A stretch of DNA of 64,000 nt, from the NCBI GenBank assembly GCA_963666975.2, contig CAXVYR010000004.1:320001-384000 (forward strand), read 5' to 3'. Shown piece by piece: positions 9,266-19,875 of this stretch. The stretch's first letter is position 1. Every line of letters begins with the position of its first letter. This DNA is from Terriglobia bacterium. GTDB lineage: Bacteria; Acidobacteriota; Terriglobia; 2-12-FULL-54-10. The translations under genes and the position numbers were made by a program. The notes beneath the pieces are model-generated. The model was not told where the DNA came from and ran no database searches. It was given only the letters and a program-made list of their open reading frames with translations.

Positions 9266-10438
9266 CTACTCCGCCTGCTCCCCAAACACATGGATGAAGG
9301 CCTTGGGGAAGGTAACCAGCCAGTCCTTCTGCTTGGCAACGCCCATCCTTTTGTAGACCAAGCGGGTGATCTCGCTCTCAATCTGAATCGGCGGGTTGCC
9401 GTCTGCTGAGGCGGCTTCTGTTTGAACGCGGAGCAGTAGACGGACCGCCGTAGGCGTGGAAACTTCCTCGACCACCCGGACCGGAATCCTGTTTTCGCCG
9501 CCGATCTCGTCCCCCCTCGCACCTCCTCCCTCGCCTTGGGCCGCGCCGGGGTGCGCCAGCAGGACGTGCTGGTGGGGAATACAAAACGAGACACGGTCGC
9601 CACGGAGCCGCCCGGGCAGGTAGGGCACCGTCACGGAAAACAACGCGGTGCGAATGCGGGAGCAGTCCGCCGCCGAGTCCAGTTCCTCCACCGTGCCGGT
9701 GAAAATATTGGATATGCCGAGCAACCGCGCCACAGCAGCGTTCTGTGGATGGTAAAACACTTCGTCGGGCACCCCACGTTGAACGATCCTTCCCGCTTGA
9801 TAGACGACCATCCGGTCGGCCAGAACAAATCCTTCGGTCACATCGTGCGTGACCAGGAGAATTGGAATGCGATACTTCTGCCGAATGCTGCGGAGAACCG
9901 AGTAAAAGTCCATGCGGAGTTGATAATCGAGACCCCGCACCGGCTCATCGAGCAACAACAGCCGGGGCTGCGCGATCAGCGCGCGCGCAATTGAAGCCCG
10001 CTGCTTCTCTCCGCCGGAAAGGTCCAGGGGCCGACGGTTGGCTAAAGCCGTCAGGCCAAACACTTCCATCATTTCGTGGAGCCGGCGATGTCTCTCCAGG
10101 CCCGGCAGCCGCTTGATGCCAAAAGCCAGGTTCTGCTCCACCGTCATGTGCGGAAACAGCGCATAGCTCTGAAAGACGTAGCCGATGCCCCGGCGCTGCG
10201 GAGGCAGGCAGATGCGGCTCCCGGCGTCAAATAAGATTTCATCGTTCAGCAGAATCCGTCCGTGGTCCGGGCGCAGGAAACCGGCGAGCGAATCGAGCGT
10301 CAGGCTCTTGCCGGAACCGCTTGATCCAAACAGGACCGTGACGCCTGCTTCGCACTCCAGGCTGACATCCAAGTCAAAACCCGGAGAGGGCACGGCGGCG
10401 GGAAGGTGCTTCCGAATTGTCAGTTCTAACAGAGCCAT
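9266..10438 (-). CDS. modC: Molybdate ABC transporter ATP-binding subunit
   Basis: GSSGSGKS Walker A, LSGGEKQR, LLLLDEP; follows modB. Confidence 0.88.
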   Translation of the reverse strand: MALLELTIRKHLPAAVPSPGFDLDVSLECEAGVTVLFGSSGSGKSLTLDSLAGFLRPDHGRILLNDEILFDAGSRICLPPQRRGIGYVFQSYALFPHMTVEQNLAFGIKRLPGLERHRRLHEMMEVFGLTALANRRPLDLSGGEKQRASIARALIAQPRLLLLDEPVRGLDYQLRMDFYSVLRSIRQKYRIPILLVTHDVTEGFVLADRMVVYQAGRIVQRGVPDEVFYHPQNAAVARLLGISNIFTGTVEELDSAADCSRIRTALFSVTVPYLPGRLRGDRVSFCIPHQHVLLAHPGAAQGEGGGARGDEIGGENRIPVRVVEEVSTPTAVRLLLRVQTEAASADGNPPIQIESEITRLVYKRMGVAKQKDWLVTFPKAFIHVFGEQAE

Positions 10439-10508
10439 TCCCTGCTCCGTTTGCGCGCGGGGCCGTCCCGCCTGTGGCATACGGTGAGCCGTTGCCGCAG
10501 GCGCCGGA

Positions 10509-11189
10509 CTAGAGCAATCGCTCGCCCTGCAGGCGGTTTGTCCAGTAAAGAATGCCGATGGCGAGCGCGGAGATGATCAATACCATCAAGTTGGCGAGCA
10601 ATGTGTCGCCCGACTGCACGGCATCATAGATGGCGACCGCCATGGTCTGTGTCTTGCCGGGGATGTTACCGGCAATCATGATGGTCACTCCGAAATCCCC
10701 CAGCGCCCTGGCAAAAGCAAAAACCGTTGCTGCCAGGATGGAGCGACGCGCCAAAGGCAATGTTACTTGAAAAAAGATGCGCCATTCCGACGCTCCCAGC
10801 GTGCGGGCGGCGTTCTCCATATTGTGGTCCACGCTCTCCAGCGCCGCCCTCGCCGACTTCACCAACAGTGGAATGCTATGCAATGTGGCGGCGACCACCG
10901 CGGCCTGCCACGTGAACACCAGCGGGGAACCGAAAACCGCCTCGAAGCCGCGCCCGATGAAGGTATCGCGGCCTAACAGCACTAATAGGTAATAGCCCAG
11001 GACCGTCGGCGGCAGGACAATAGGCAGCGTCACCAGCGCATCCAAAGCCTCCCGGCCACGGAAACGATACCGCGCCAGGATGTAGGCCAGGGCCAGCCCT
11101 GCGCCCAGCGAGATAGCCGTCGCCAGGATGGCAACCCGCAGGGACAGCCACAGGGGAAACCAGTCGATTTGGTGAAACGCGCTGGGCAT
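10509..11189 (-). CDS. modB: Molybdate ABC transporter permease
   Basis: PLWLSLRVA, LPIVLPPTVLGYYLL, FARALGDFGVTIMIAGNIPGKTQT. Confidence 0.93.
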   Translation of the reverse strand: MPSAFHQIDWFPLWLSLRVAILATAISLGAGLALAYILARYRFRGREALDALVTLPIVLPPTVLGYYLLVLLGRDTFIGRGFEAVFGSPLVFTWQAAVVAATLHSIPLLVKSARAALESVDHNMENAARTLGASEWRIFFQVTLPLARRSILAATVFAFARALGDFGVTIMIAGNIPGKTQTMAVAIYDAVQSGDTLLANLMVLIISALAIGILYWTNRLQGERLL

Positions 11190-11340
11190 CGTTAGGATTT
11201 AATGGACAGCGGATTTAGTGGACAGTCATCCGCAGCGGGACCGGTTCCGTAAAAGTTCGTCCCACCCGTCGAGTTGCTCCGGGAAGATTATAGCCCAATC
11301 AGAAAATCAGAAAGGGAGATGGTGTTTTTCTTCCGCTTCC

Positions 11341-12093
11341 TCATGGCAGGCCAAACCCATACGCTTCGAGAATTCGCATGGCTTCCACGGTCGAAAGGAA
11401 TTCGACGAACGCCCAGGCGGCCTGTTTGTTTTCCGACCTCTTCAGGACGGCAGCAGTCTGCTCAATGGGACGATGAAGGCTCTGGTCGATTAGAAGATAG
11501 GGGCGGTCAGCGTCCTGCACCAAAGCGACCGCAACCAGCGCCGCCTCCGCATTGTTCGTCTCCGCCATCTGAAAGGCATGCGCCACACTTTCCCCATAAA
11601 CCAGTTTAGGCTGAAGCGCTTGCCATAATCCTGACGCCTGCAAGGCCTCTTGCGCTGCCATTCCATAGGGGGCAAAACGAGGATTGGCAACGGCAACGCG
11701 CCTGATTCGGTCTTCCCTGAACTCCTCCAACGACTCCAGCTCAAACTGCCGGGACCAGGCTGCCAGTCGCCCCAGAGCGAATAGTTGCGCCTGCCCCTCT
11801 ACAAATCCATCCCGCTCCAGGGCTTGACTAAAGGAACGCGCAGCCGGGACATATACGTCGAAAGGAGCGCCCTGTCGAATCTGTTGTTCCAGTTGCCCGG
11901 AAGAAGCAAAGCTGAAAGTAACTTCCCCTGCACCGGAACGCTGAAAAGCAACCTCCAGAGGACGGCTGACTTTCAGCAGGTTGGCAGCAGCGGCGACCAA
12001 AACCGGGGGGTTTTCTCCACCATTTCTGCTAGAACAGCCAACAGAGCTTAAGATAAAAATAACAATAAGAAGACTAATAATTTTACGCATCAT
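11341..12093 (-). CDS. modA: Molybdate ABC transporter substrate-binding lipoprotein
   Basis: Lipobox-like LSSVGC, VAAAANL, FASSGQLEQQIRQGAPFDV, ANPRFAPYG. Confidence 0.9.
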   Translation of the reverse strand: MMRKIISLLIVIFILSSVGCSSRNGGENPPVLVAAAANLLKVSRPLEVAFQRSGAGEVTFSFASSGQLEQQIRQGAPFDVYVPAARSFSQALERDGFVEGQAQLFALGRLAAWSRQFELESLEEFREDRIRRVAVANPRFAPYGMAAQEALQASGLWQALQPKLVYGESVAHAFQMAETNNAEAALVAVALVQDADRPYLLIDQSLHRPIEQTAAVLKRSENKQAAWAFVEFLSTVEAMRILEAYGFGLP

Positions 12094-12151
12094 TATGAAA
12101 ATAAATATGATATAATTTATCCATCTAACACGCTCGGAAATTCTCAAACAA

Positions 12152-12181
12152 CTTGACAATCTCCCACTCAACTATTATACT
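12152..12181 (+). promoter_or_regulatory. dnaK promoter with overlapping HAIR-like (HspR) operator
   Basis: TTGACA(12153-58)-N17-TATACT(12176-81); CTTGACA-N7-ACTCAAC (12152-72) versus HAIR consensus CTTGAGT-N7-ACTCAAG. Confidence 0.7.
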
Positions 12182-12283
12182 ACTTTATGACTAAAGGCGG
12201 AAAGACCGCCTAGACGCTAGGCAGTTGCTGCAATTGTTTCCAACATTGCGAAATGCCACACAGAATTGAGGAGGCTCGGCAAA

Positions 12284-14221
12284 ATGGCAAAGCTTATAGG
12301 CATAGACCTCGGAACCACGAATTCCGTGGTAGCTGCAATGGAAGGCGGTGAGGCAAAAGTAATTCCCAACGCCGAGGGGAGCCGGACAACGCCCTCCGTC
12401 GTTGCATTCGCCAAAAGCGGCGAGCGGTTGGTCGGGCAGGTCGCCAAGCGCCAAGCGATCACCAATCCTGAGAATACCATATATTCCATCAAGCGATTCA
12501 TGGGTCGCCAGTACCTGGAAGTTTCCGAAGAGATGAAGATGGTGCCCTACCGTGTGGCACAAGCGCCCAACGGAGACGTCCGTGTATTAGTGAACGACGG
12601 CAAGAAGGACCTGGCCCCGCCGGAGATCGCTGCCATGATTTTGCAGAAGATGAAGCAGTCCGCCGAGGATTACCTGGGAGATAAGGTCACCCAGGCAGTG
12701 CTCACCGTTCCCGCTTATTTCAACGACAGCCAGCGGCAGGCCACAAAGGACGCAGGCGCGATTGCCGGGCTGGAAGTATTGCGCATCGTGAACGAGCCTA
12801 CGGCAGCGGCGCTGGCCTACGGCCTGGACCGGCAGAAGGACGAGACCATTGCGGTCTACGACTTCGGGGGCGGCACGTTTGACATTTCAATTTTAGAGGT
12901 AGGGGAAGGCGTGGTGGAGGTAAAGTCCACCAACGGCGACACGCACCTGGGAGGCGACAATCTCGACCATCGGATCATCGAGTGGATTGTCGAAGAATTC
13001 AAAAAGGACCAGGGTATTGACCTTGCGAAGGACAAAATGGCCTTGCAGCGCCTCAAGGAAGCAGCGGAAAAGGCCAAGATGGAGCTCTCCTCGGTTGCAG
13101 AGACTGACATCAACCTGCCGTTCATTACAGCCGACGCGAGCGGCCCGAAGCACTTAAGCCTCCGGCTGAGCCGTGCCAAGTTCGAGCAGTTGGTGGAGGA
13201 CATCCTGCAACGGTCGGTGGGACCTTGCCAGCAGGCTTTGCAAGACGCCAACTTAAAGCCATCCGACATCAACGAGGTGGTATTGGTCGGCGGGTCCACG
13301 CGCATCCCGCGGGTCCAGCAAATTGTTCGCGAGCTGTTCGGCAGGGACCCTCACAAGGGAGTGAACCCGGATGAGGTGGTGGCCGTGGGCGCTGCCATTC
13401 AGGCCGGAGTGCTGGGCGGCGAAGTGAAAGACCTGCTGCTGCTCGATGTAACTCCGCTCACGCTCGGCATCGAGACGCTGGGAGGAGTGCGGACGGCGCT
13501 GATTGAGCGCAACACCACAATCCCCACCCGGAAGACCGAAATTTTCTCCACGGCGGCTGACACCCAGACCTCCGTGGAGATCCACGTGCTCCAGGGCGAG
13601 CGCGCCATGGCCCGCGACAACCGGACCCTCGGCAAATTCCAACTGATAGGAATCCCGCCCGCGCCGCGCGGGGTGCCGCAGATCGAAGTCACCTTCGACA
13701 TTGACGCCAACGGCATCGTGCACGTAACGGCGAAGGATATGGGAACCGGCAAGCAACAAGACATTACCATCACTGCTTCCAGCGGCCTCAGCAATGATGA
13801 AGTGCAGCGCATGCAATCGGAGGGGCAGGCGCACTCCGAGGAAGACCGTCTGCACCGCGACGAGGCAGAAGCCAGGAACCGAGCCGACTCGTTGCTTTAC
13901 AACACAGAGAAACTGCTCAATGAGAACCGCGAGAAGGTCTCAGCGGAAGATGCGCAGGAGATTGAATCCGCCATCGAACAAACCAAACAGGCCCTGAACG
14001 CAGGCAAGACGGATGAGATCAACCAAGCGGCGGAGCGTCTGACCAAGGCCACCCACAAACTGGCCGAGGCCATGTACCAGCAGGCCAGCAGCGAGCCGGG
14101 TCCGGACGCCTCGACCCCTCCGGAAGCAAGCGATTCGGGAACCGGCGAGGCCGGCACGAAAGAGGAAGGCGAGGTAATTGACGCAGAATTCGTAGATGCC
14201 GATGAGGATAAGGACAAGTAA
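12284..14221 (+). CDS. dnaK: Chaperone DnaK (Hsp70)
   Basis: [36 protein letters not shown]; RBS GAGGAGG. Confidence 0.99.
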   Translation: MAKLIGIDLGTTNSVVAAMEGGEAKVIPNAEGSRTTPSVVAFAKSGERLVGQVAKRQAITNPENTIYSIKRFMGRQYLEVSEEMKMVPYRVAQAPNGDVRVLVNDGKKDLAPPEIAAMILQKMKQSAEDYLGDKVTQAVLTVPAYFNDSQRQATKDAGAIAGLEVLRIVNEPTAAALAYGLDRQKDETIAVYDFGGGTFDISILEVGEGVVEVKSTNGDTHLGGDNLDHRIIEWIVEEFKKDQGIDLAKDKMALQRLKEAAEKAKMELSSVAETDINLPFITADASGPKHLSLRLSRAKFEQLVEDILQRSVGPCQQALQDANLKPSDINEVVLVGGSTRIPRVQQIVRELFGRDPHKGVNPDEVVAVGAAIQAGVLGGEVKDLLLLDVTPLTLGIETLGGVRTALIERNTTIPTRKTEIFSTAADTQTSVEIHVLQGERAMARDNRTLGKFQLIGIPPAPRGVPQIEVTFDIDANGIVHVTAKDMGTGKQQDITITASSGLSNDEVQRMQSEGQAHSEEDRLHRDEAEARNRADSLLYNTEKLLNENREKVSAEDAQEIESAIEQTKQALNAGKTDEINQAAERLTKATHKLAEAMYQQASSEPGPDASTPPEASDSGTGEAGTKEEGEVIDAEFVDADEDKDK

Positions 14222-14279
14222 CGCTGGACCTACCTCGCTTGCACCGTGCGGTTGAAAATGAACCGTTGAGGCATAACCT

Positions 14280-15416
14280 ATGACGGGCGAGAACGATTTC
14301 TACAAGCTGCTGGGCGTCAGCCGGAAAGCCAAACCGGAGGAGATCCGGAAGGCTTACAAGCGCCTGGCCCGGAAGTTCCATCCGGATGTGAATCCCGGCG
14401 ACAAGAGCGCTGAGGACCGCTTCAAGAAGGTCTCGGAAGCCTATGACGTGCTGAGCGATCCTAAAAAGCGGCAGATGTACGACCGTCTCGGCTACTACAG
14501 CGAAGCAGGATTCCAACCCGGAGAGGCAAATCCCGGGGGCAGGCGGCCCGTCGATTTTTCAGGCTTTGATTTTTCTGATTTGCGGGGAGCCGGAACAGGC
14601 TTCGGCGGAGGCGGCGTCCGGGACATCTTCTCCCAGTTGTTCGGCCGCGGCGAGCCCCCGCCGCAGCGTCCGGAGCCGGGTAACAACCTGGAATACCAGG
14701 CAACCATCGGTTTCTGGGACGCCATCCGGGGGACCTCCGTGCGGCTGAACATCCTGCGCCAAAGAAACTGTCCCGCCTGCAGCGGGAAAGGAACCACTGG
14801 GAAAGAGCAGCTTTGCCCGGAGTGCAAAGGCAGCGGAAGCGCCGACAAAACAATGGCGAACCTGCGGTTCAACGTCGCCTGCACGCGGTGCCAAGGAACC
14901 GGCAGATTGCAGGACGTGTGCGCCCCTTGCAGAGGGGAAGGACGTTTGTCCGAACCGGAGTCGCTGGAGGTGCGTATCCCGGTCGGCGTGCAGGACGGAT
15001 ACCGTGTCCGGGTTCCCGGCAAGGGGAACAGCGGAACGCAGGGAGGCCCGCGGGGGGACCTCTACATCATCACCAAAGTAACCCCCCATCCCTTCTTCGC
15101 ACGCAAGGGAGATGACATCTATACGGTAATCCCATTGACGGTGCCCGAAGCAGCGCTGGGAGCCAAGGTGGAGGTTCCCACCATCGAGAATGTACGCGCC
15201 TTGCTGAAGATTCCTCCCGGCACTCCCAGCGGCCAAAAGTTCCGTCTGCGGGAAAAAGGCGTAACCTCCCTGAAAAGCGGCAAGCGGGGGGACCAGTATG
15301 TGGAAGTGCGTATCCACATACCCAAGATTGCAGATGAACGGTCCAAAGAAATCCTGCGGGAGTTTTCTCATCTCAATCCGGAGAATCCCCGCAACGACCT
15401 CTACCGGCAGCTTTAG
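14280..15416 (+). CDS. dnaJ: Chaperone DnaJ (J domain, G/F region, 4 CxxCxGxG motifs)
   Basis: HPD motif, zinc-finger repeats, C-terminal domain. Confidence 0.93.
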   Translation: MTGENDFYKLLGVSRKAKPEEIRKAYKRLARKFHPDVNPGDKSAEDRFKKVSEAYDVLSDPKKRQMYDRLGYYSEAGFQPGEANPGGRRPVDFSGFDFSDLRGAGTGFGGGGVRDIFSQLFGRGEPPPQRPEPGNNLEYQATIGFWDAIRGTSVRLNILRQRNCPACSGKGTTGKEQLCPECKGSGSADKTMANLRFNVACTRCQGTGRLQDVCAPCRGEGRLSEPESLEVRIPVGVQDGYRVRVPGKGNSGTQGGPRGDLYIITKVTPHPFFARKGDDIYTVIPLTVPEAALGAKVEVPTIENVRALLKIPPGTPSGQKFRLREKGVTSLKSGKRGDQYVEVRIHIPKIADERSKEILREFSHLNPENPRNDLYRQL

Positions 15417-15451
15417 GCGGGAGAAACAGCGGAGAGCGAACAGGAAACGGT

Positions 15452-15841
15452 ATGGCCAAGCGGAAACAAGCCGCCTACATGATCTCCGCCATCGCGGAAA
15501 CTTACGGGATTCACCCGCAGACGCTGCGGATGTACGAACGCGAGGGGCTCCTGAAGCCTTCCCGCACGGAAGGGAACACGCGCCTGTACACGGAACAGGA
15601 CATCGAACGGCTGGAACTCATCCTGAGCCTGACCCGCGACATGGGCGTCAACCTGGCCGGTGTGGAGGTGGTGCTGAACATGCGGGAGAAGATGGAAAAG
15701 ATGCATCGGCAGATGGAAGAGTTCGTTAACATGGTTCAGCGGGAATTGCTGAGCCGGCAAACGGCGCATCAGGAGATCAAAAATGCGCTGGTGCGCTTTG
15801 TGCCTCCCCGCGTCTCACGAGTCAACCGCAAAAAGAGCTAG
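15452..15841 (+). CDS. hspR: MerR-family heat-shock repressor HspR
   Basis: YMISAIAETYGIHPQTLRMYEREGLLKPSRTEGNTRLY...GVNLAGV, last gene of dnaK-dnaJ cluster. Confidence 0.85.
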   Translation: MAKRKQAAYMISAIAETYGIHPQTLRMYEREGLLKPSRTEGNTRLYTEQDIERLELILSLTRDMGVNLAGVEVVLNMREKMEKMHRQMEEFVNMVQRELLSRQTAHQEIKNALVRFVPPRVSRVNRKKS

Positions 15842-15895
15842 CTCTCCGGCCGCAGGCTGTTTACAAAATCGGCGTCTGATCAAGTTGGATAGTTC

Positions 15896-16603
15896 ATGAA
15901 TTTTCTTGAGGCCAAGCCTCCCATACGATTGGTGATCTTTGACCTGGACGGCACGCTCGTCGATTCGGCGGCGGACCTGCGCCTGAGCGTGAACGCCACG
16001 CTGCACCACATGGGCCGGAGACCGCTCGATGAGGAGACGATCTATTCCTATGTCGGCAAGGGCGCTCCGCTTCTCATCCGCCGGGCGCTCGGAGAAGGAA
16101 CCTCCGATGAGGAGGCCGCGCGCGGCCTGCGATTTTTCCTGCGGTATTACTGGGATCACAAACTCGACAATACGACGCTCTATCCCGGAGCGCGGAAAAC
16201 CCTGGAATGGCTGGCCAACGGCGCGGTCCCTCGCCGGCGCGTCCTGGGCGTGCTGACCAACAAGCCGGCAAACGTCAGCAGAGACATGCTAGAAGACCTG
16301 GACCTGATGCACCTGTTCCGGTTTGTATACGGGGGCGACAGCTTTGCAAACAAGAAGCCCCACCCGGAGGGCGTCGAGAGCATCCTTGCCGACACCGGCA
16401 TACCGGCTTCGGAAGCCATAATCGTGGGCGATTCCGACGTGGACATTGCGGCGGGCGCGAACGCGGGCATCTGGACCTGCGGCGTCACCTACGGCTTCGG
16501 GGACCTCCGCCTCAAGGGAAACCCTCCCGATCTGGTAGTCCACAAACTGCCCGAACTCGCCGAGGCGCTTCAGGTAGAGAATCCATCATCCAAAGAAAGA
16601 TGA
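15896..16603 (+). CDS. HAD-family phosphatase (phosphoglycolate phosphatase-like)
   Basis: FDLDGTLVDS, LTNKP, KKPHP, VGDSDVDI. Confidence 0.88.
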   Translation: MNFLEAKPPIRLVIFDLDGTLVDSAADLRLSVNATLHHMGRRPLDEETIYSYVGKGAPLLIRRALGEGTSDEEAARGLRFFLRYYWDHKLDNTTLYPGARKTLEWLANGAVPRRRVLGVLTNKPANVSRDMLEDLDLMHLFRFVYGGDSFANKKPHPEGVESILADTGIPASEAIIVGDSDVDIAAGANAGIWTCGVTYGFGDLRLKGNPPDLVVHKLPELAEALQVENPSSKER

Positions 16604-16613
16604 AGCTCAGAAA

Positions 16614-16991
16614 TCACAATGCCCGTGCAAACTCCTGCGGGTCGCGTTTTTCCCTTGCCATCACAAAGCTGATCTTCACTTTCTGATTCAATGCTGCTGC
16701 CACCCTTTGCAACATCGTAAGGGAATGCCGCTCATAATCCGCATCTTCCAGCCGGGCAATGACCGGCTGCTGGGTGCCGATTCGCTTCGCAAGCTCTTTC
16801 TGCGTGAGGCCAGCCTTGGTCCTGGCCTGATAGATCGTGTGAGCGATGTGGGCATTTAGCTTCTCCTCGGCAATCATTTCTCGCAGTTCGGGGTTATCCC
16901 CTGTTATGCGATGGATGATCTTTAGAGCGTCCGATTGCTTGCCTTCTTTTCGCTCATCCTTGGTAAGTGTAGACTTTCTGGTTTTTCTCAT
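16614..16991 (-). CDS. XRE-family HTH antitoxin
   Basis: ARTKAGLTQKELAKRIGTQQPVIARLEDADY; downstream of toxin. Confidence 0.85.
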   Translation of the reverse strand: MRKTRKSTLTKDERKEGKQSDALKIIHRITGDNPELREMIAEEKLNAHIAHTIYQARTKAGLTQKELAKRIGTQQPVIARLEDADYERHSLTMLQRVAAALNQKVKISFVMAREKRDPQEFARAL

Positions 16992-17361
16992 AAAGTTTCT
17001 TCCGTTTGATCGCTCGCTGAAGGTCTGTGCTTGGAACACGACCCTCCTTCGTGAGCCCGTGGGCAAGCACCACGAGATTCTGCCCGTGAAAGAAGTACAG
17101 GATGCGGTAGTTTACGCGCCCGTGCTTTGCCCTGAGTTCATAAATCCCATTTCGCAGGTAATCTACCAACGGTCGCTTTAGCTCATAGCCGAATGATGCC
17201 AGCCGGTCGATCACGACGACACACTTTGCATACCCTCTCCGGTCCTTCCTTCGCAACTCTTCCAGCCAATTCATCACCGGCGCTTTCCCATCAGCCTCTT
17301 GGAAGAAAACCAGTCGCGTTGGCGGCAAATGCACCTCTGGTTGGTTATAACGAGACTGCAA
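16954..17361 (-). CDS. Type II TA toxin, RelE/ParE superfamily (Gp49-like)
   Basis: GYELKRPLVDYLRNGIYELR, YRILYFF, LAHGLTKE; start uncertain. Confidence 0.85.
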   Translation of the reverse strand: MQSRYNQPEVHLPPTRLVFFQEADGKAPVMNWLEELRRKDRRGYAKCVVVIDRLASFGYELKRPLVDYLRNGIYELRAKHGRVNYRILYFFHGQNLVVLAHGLTKEGRVPSTDLQRAIKRKKLYEKNQKVYTYQG

Positions 17362-17365
17362 TTTA

Positions 17366-17396
17366 ATTATAACAAAATTGCTATTCTATAAATCAA
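17366..17396 (-). promoter_or_regulatory. Probable promoter and palindromic operator of TA locus 2
   Basis: Minus strand TTGATT-N19-TATAAT with ATAGCAA-TT-TTGTTAT (17369-17384) overlapping the -10 box. Confidence 0.5.
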
Positions 17397-17586
17397 GATT
17401 TTGGTCTTCTGAAAAGTTGAAAACGTCAGACGCCCAAATAGAGCCCTAAAACAGGAGGAAAGGAATCCTCCAATCCGGCAGAAGTGATACAATTCCGCCT
17501 TGCCGGATGTTCAGGGAGTTTACTTTGTAAATTTCGCCTCCCTAAGCAATGGGCAAAACGCCCGTCTTTCTAACCAGTCACTCATT

Positions 17587-18591
17587 ATGGAACTGTTTGC
17601 CCTAACCCGCGATTTGATTGATATCGAATCCGTCACCGGCAATGAGAAACGGATGGCGCTGTATCTGGGCGACTACCTGCAGGCGATGTGCGCTGAGGTA
17701 AGCTTGGAGGAAGCCGAGCCGGACCGGCCCAATGTCGTGGCATGCTGGGGAAAACCCGATGTGGTGCTGAGCACGCATCTGGACACCGTGCCGCCGTTTT
17801 TCCCTTCCCGCGAGGACGACGAGTTCATTTACGGGCGCGGCGCCTGCGACACCAAAGGAATCATCGCGGCACAGCTAGAAGCCGCCTCCCGCCTGCGGGC
17901 AGAGGGGATGGAGGGCTTCGGCCTGTTATTTGTGGTCGGCGAGGAGCGCAGCAGCGCCGGGGCTCTCTTTGCCAACAAATCCCCGCGCGGCTCGCGGTTC
18001 CTGATCAATGGGGAGCCCACCGACAACCGCCTGGCGGTGGGAACCAAGGGCGTCTTGCGGCTGGAGATAGAGGCTTCGGGCCGGATGGCCCACTCGGCCT
18101 ACCCGGAGTTGGGCGAGTCGGCGATTGAAAAGCTGCTGGAGGCGCTCAACCGGCTGCGCGGCATCAAACTTCCAGAAGACGAATTGCTCGGCAAAACCAC
18201 CTGCAACATCGGCACCATCCAGGGTGGGCGAGCGCCGAACGTGATCCCGGACTCCGCCCGCGCCGAGGTAATGTACCGCCTGGTCAGGCCAGGCGAAGAA
18301 CTGCTCCGCGCCGTCGAACAGGCAGTGGGGAAACTCGCCACGGTCCGGGAGGCATTGTACCTTCCACCCGTAAAGCTTGGGACACTAGATGGTCTAATGG
18401 ACGGCCTGGAAACAGCCGTGGTCGCCTTCGCCACCGACATTCCTTCGCTCACCGCCTGGGGGCAGCCCTTCTTGATCGGCCCCGGCTCGATCCACGTGGC
18501 CCACACCGAGAACGAAAAAATCTCCAAGGCTGAGTTGATGCAAGCGGCGGAGATTTATGTCAACATGGTAAAGACCCTGAAGAAAAACTAG
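17587..18591 (+). CDS. M20 family metallo-hydrolase (ArgE/DapE-like)
   Basis: STHLDTVPP, GRGACDTKG, VGEE, NGEPT, AHS, VAHTENE; adjacent to asd and dapB. Confidence 0.88.
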   Translation: MELFALTRDLIDIESVTGNEKRMALYLGDYLQAMCAEVSLEEAEPDRPNVVACWGKPDVVLSTHLDTVPPFFPSREDDEFIYGRGACDTKGIIAAQLEAASRLRAEGMEGFGLLFVVGEERSSAGALFANKSPRGSRFLINGEPTDNRLAVGTKGVLRLEIEASGRMAHSAYPELGESAIEKLLEALNRLRGIKLPEDELLGKTTCNIGTIQGGRAPNVIPDSARAEVMYRLVRPGEELLRAVEQAVGKLATVREALYLPPVKLGTLDGLMDGLETAVVAFATDIPSLTAWGQPFLIGPGSIHVAHTENEKISKAELMQAAEIYVNMVKTLKKN

Positions 18592-18718
18592 CGGTCCAAA
18601 AGGCCGGGAACCGCCGTTTCGGTTCACGGTGAAAAACTGCGGAGAATCGCGGCGCGAAGATGGAGGCCGTCGCAGCGGTTCCGTATTGGGCTAATGTCGA
18701 AGGAGCAGGAACCATCTG

Positions 18719-19828
18719 ATGTTACGCGTGGGAATGATCGGCTGTAGGGGGATGGTCGGCAGTGTGCTCATGCAGAGGATGCGTGAAGAAGACGCCTTCT
18801 CTGGTATTGAGGCGATCTTCTTTTCCACCTCGAACGCCGGGGGCCCCGCGCCTGTGGAGTCGGCTGACGGGGCGGTTCTGCGCGACGCCGGCGATCTAAA
18901 GAAACTGGCAGCCTGTGACGTGCTGATGAGTTGCCAGGGCGGCGACTACACCTCTCAAGTTTTCGGCCCCCTGCGAGCCAGCGGCTGGAAGGGATACTGG
19001 ATCGACGCCGCTTCCACCCTGCGCATGGAGCCGGATTCGGTGATTGTCCTCGATCCGGTCAACGGCGCTCTCATACGGGAAGCCCTTGCTCAGGGAACCC
19101 GCACCTTCGTGGGCGGCAACTGCACGGTCAGCTTGATGGTGATGGCTGTTGGGGCGCTCTTCCAGGCTGGCCTGGTGGAGTGGATGACGACCATGACCTA
19201 TCAGGCAGCGTCCGGCGCGGGAGCCGCCAAGATGCATGAACTGGTCCGGCAGATGGAGTGCCTAGTGGAGCCGACTCGCAAAACTCCCTCGGAAAACGCC
19301 CTGGAATTGGACCGGATGATGATCGAAGCTCAACGATCCTGTACGATCCCAAAACAGGAGTTTGGCGTGCCGCTGGCGGGCAGTCTCCTGCCCTGGATCG
19401 ACCGGGATATGCACGGCGGACAGACCCGTGAAGAGTGGAAGGGCATGGCCGAAACCAACAAGATTTTGGGGCTAAACCCGCAGGTGCCTGTGGACGGCAT
19501 CTGTGTGCGTGTGGGCACGATGAGGTGCCACAGCCAGGGGCTTTGTATCAAACTGACAAAGGATGTTCCGTTAAAAGATATTGAACAGATACTGGCTGGC
19601 GCGCACGCTTGGGCGCGGGTCATACCCAACGACAGAGAATCCACCCTGCGCTGTCTGACGCCGACGGCGGTCTCCGGCACCCTCACGGTCACGGTGGGCC
19701 GCCTTCACAAGCTGAAACTTGGACCGAATTATCTGGGCGCTTTCACCGTCGGCGACCAGTTGCTGTGGGGAGCCGCCGAGCCCTTGATGCGCATGTTGTC
19801 TATCCTGCGCAGTCACAGGGGTTCATAA
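18719..19828 (+). CDS. asd: Aspartate-semialdehyde dehydrogenase (proteobacterial-type)
   Basis: GCRGMVGSVLMQRM, CQGGDYT, YWIDAASTLRM, GGNCTVSL, RCHSQ, VGDQLLWGAAEP. Confidence 0.96.
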   Translation: MLRVGMIGCRGMVGSVLMQRMREEDAFSGIEAIFFSTSNAGGPAPVESADGAVLRDAGDLKKLAACDVLMSCQGGDYTSQVFGPLRASGWKGYWIDAASTLRMEPDSVIVLDPVNGALIREALAQGTRTFVGGNCTVSLMVMAVGALFQAGLVEWMTTMTYQAASGAGAAKMHELVRQMECLVEPTRKTPSENALELDRMMIEAQRSCTIPKQEFGVPLAGSLLPWIDRDMHGGQTREEWKGMAETNKILGLNPQVPVDGICVRVGTMRCHSQGLCIKLTKDVPLKDIEQILAGAHAWARVIPNDRESTLRCLTPTAVSGTLTVTVGRLHKLKLGPNYLGAFTVGDQLLWGAAEPLMRMLSILRSHRGS

Positions 19829-19875
19829 CCAAGCGTTCTGAAGCAGGCATTCATAAGCAGGAAATTGTTCAGATC

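Noticed and set aside
12094-12130. AT-rich patch upstream of modA as a ModE box
   Set aside because: Only a weak match with wrong spacing, and no modE gene in the window.
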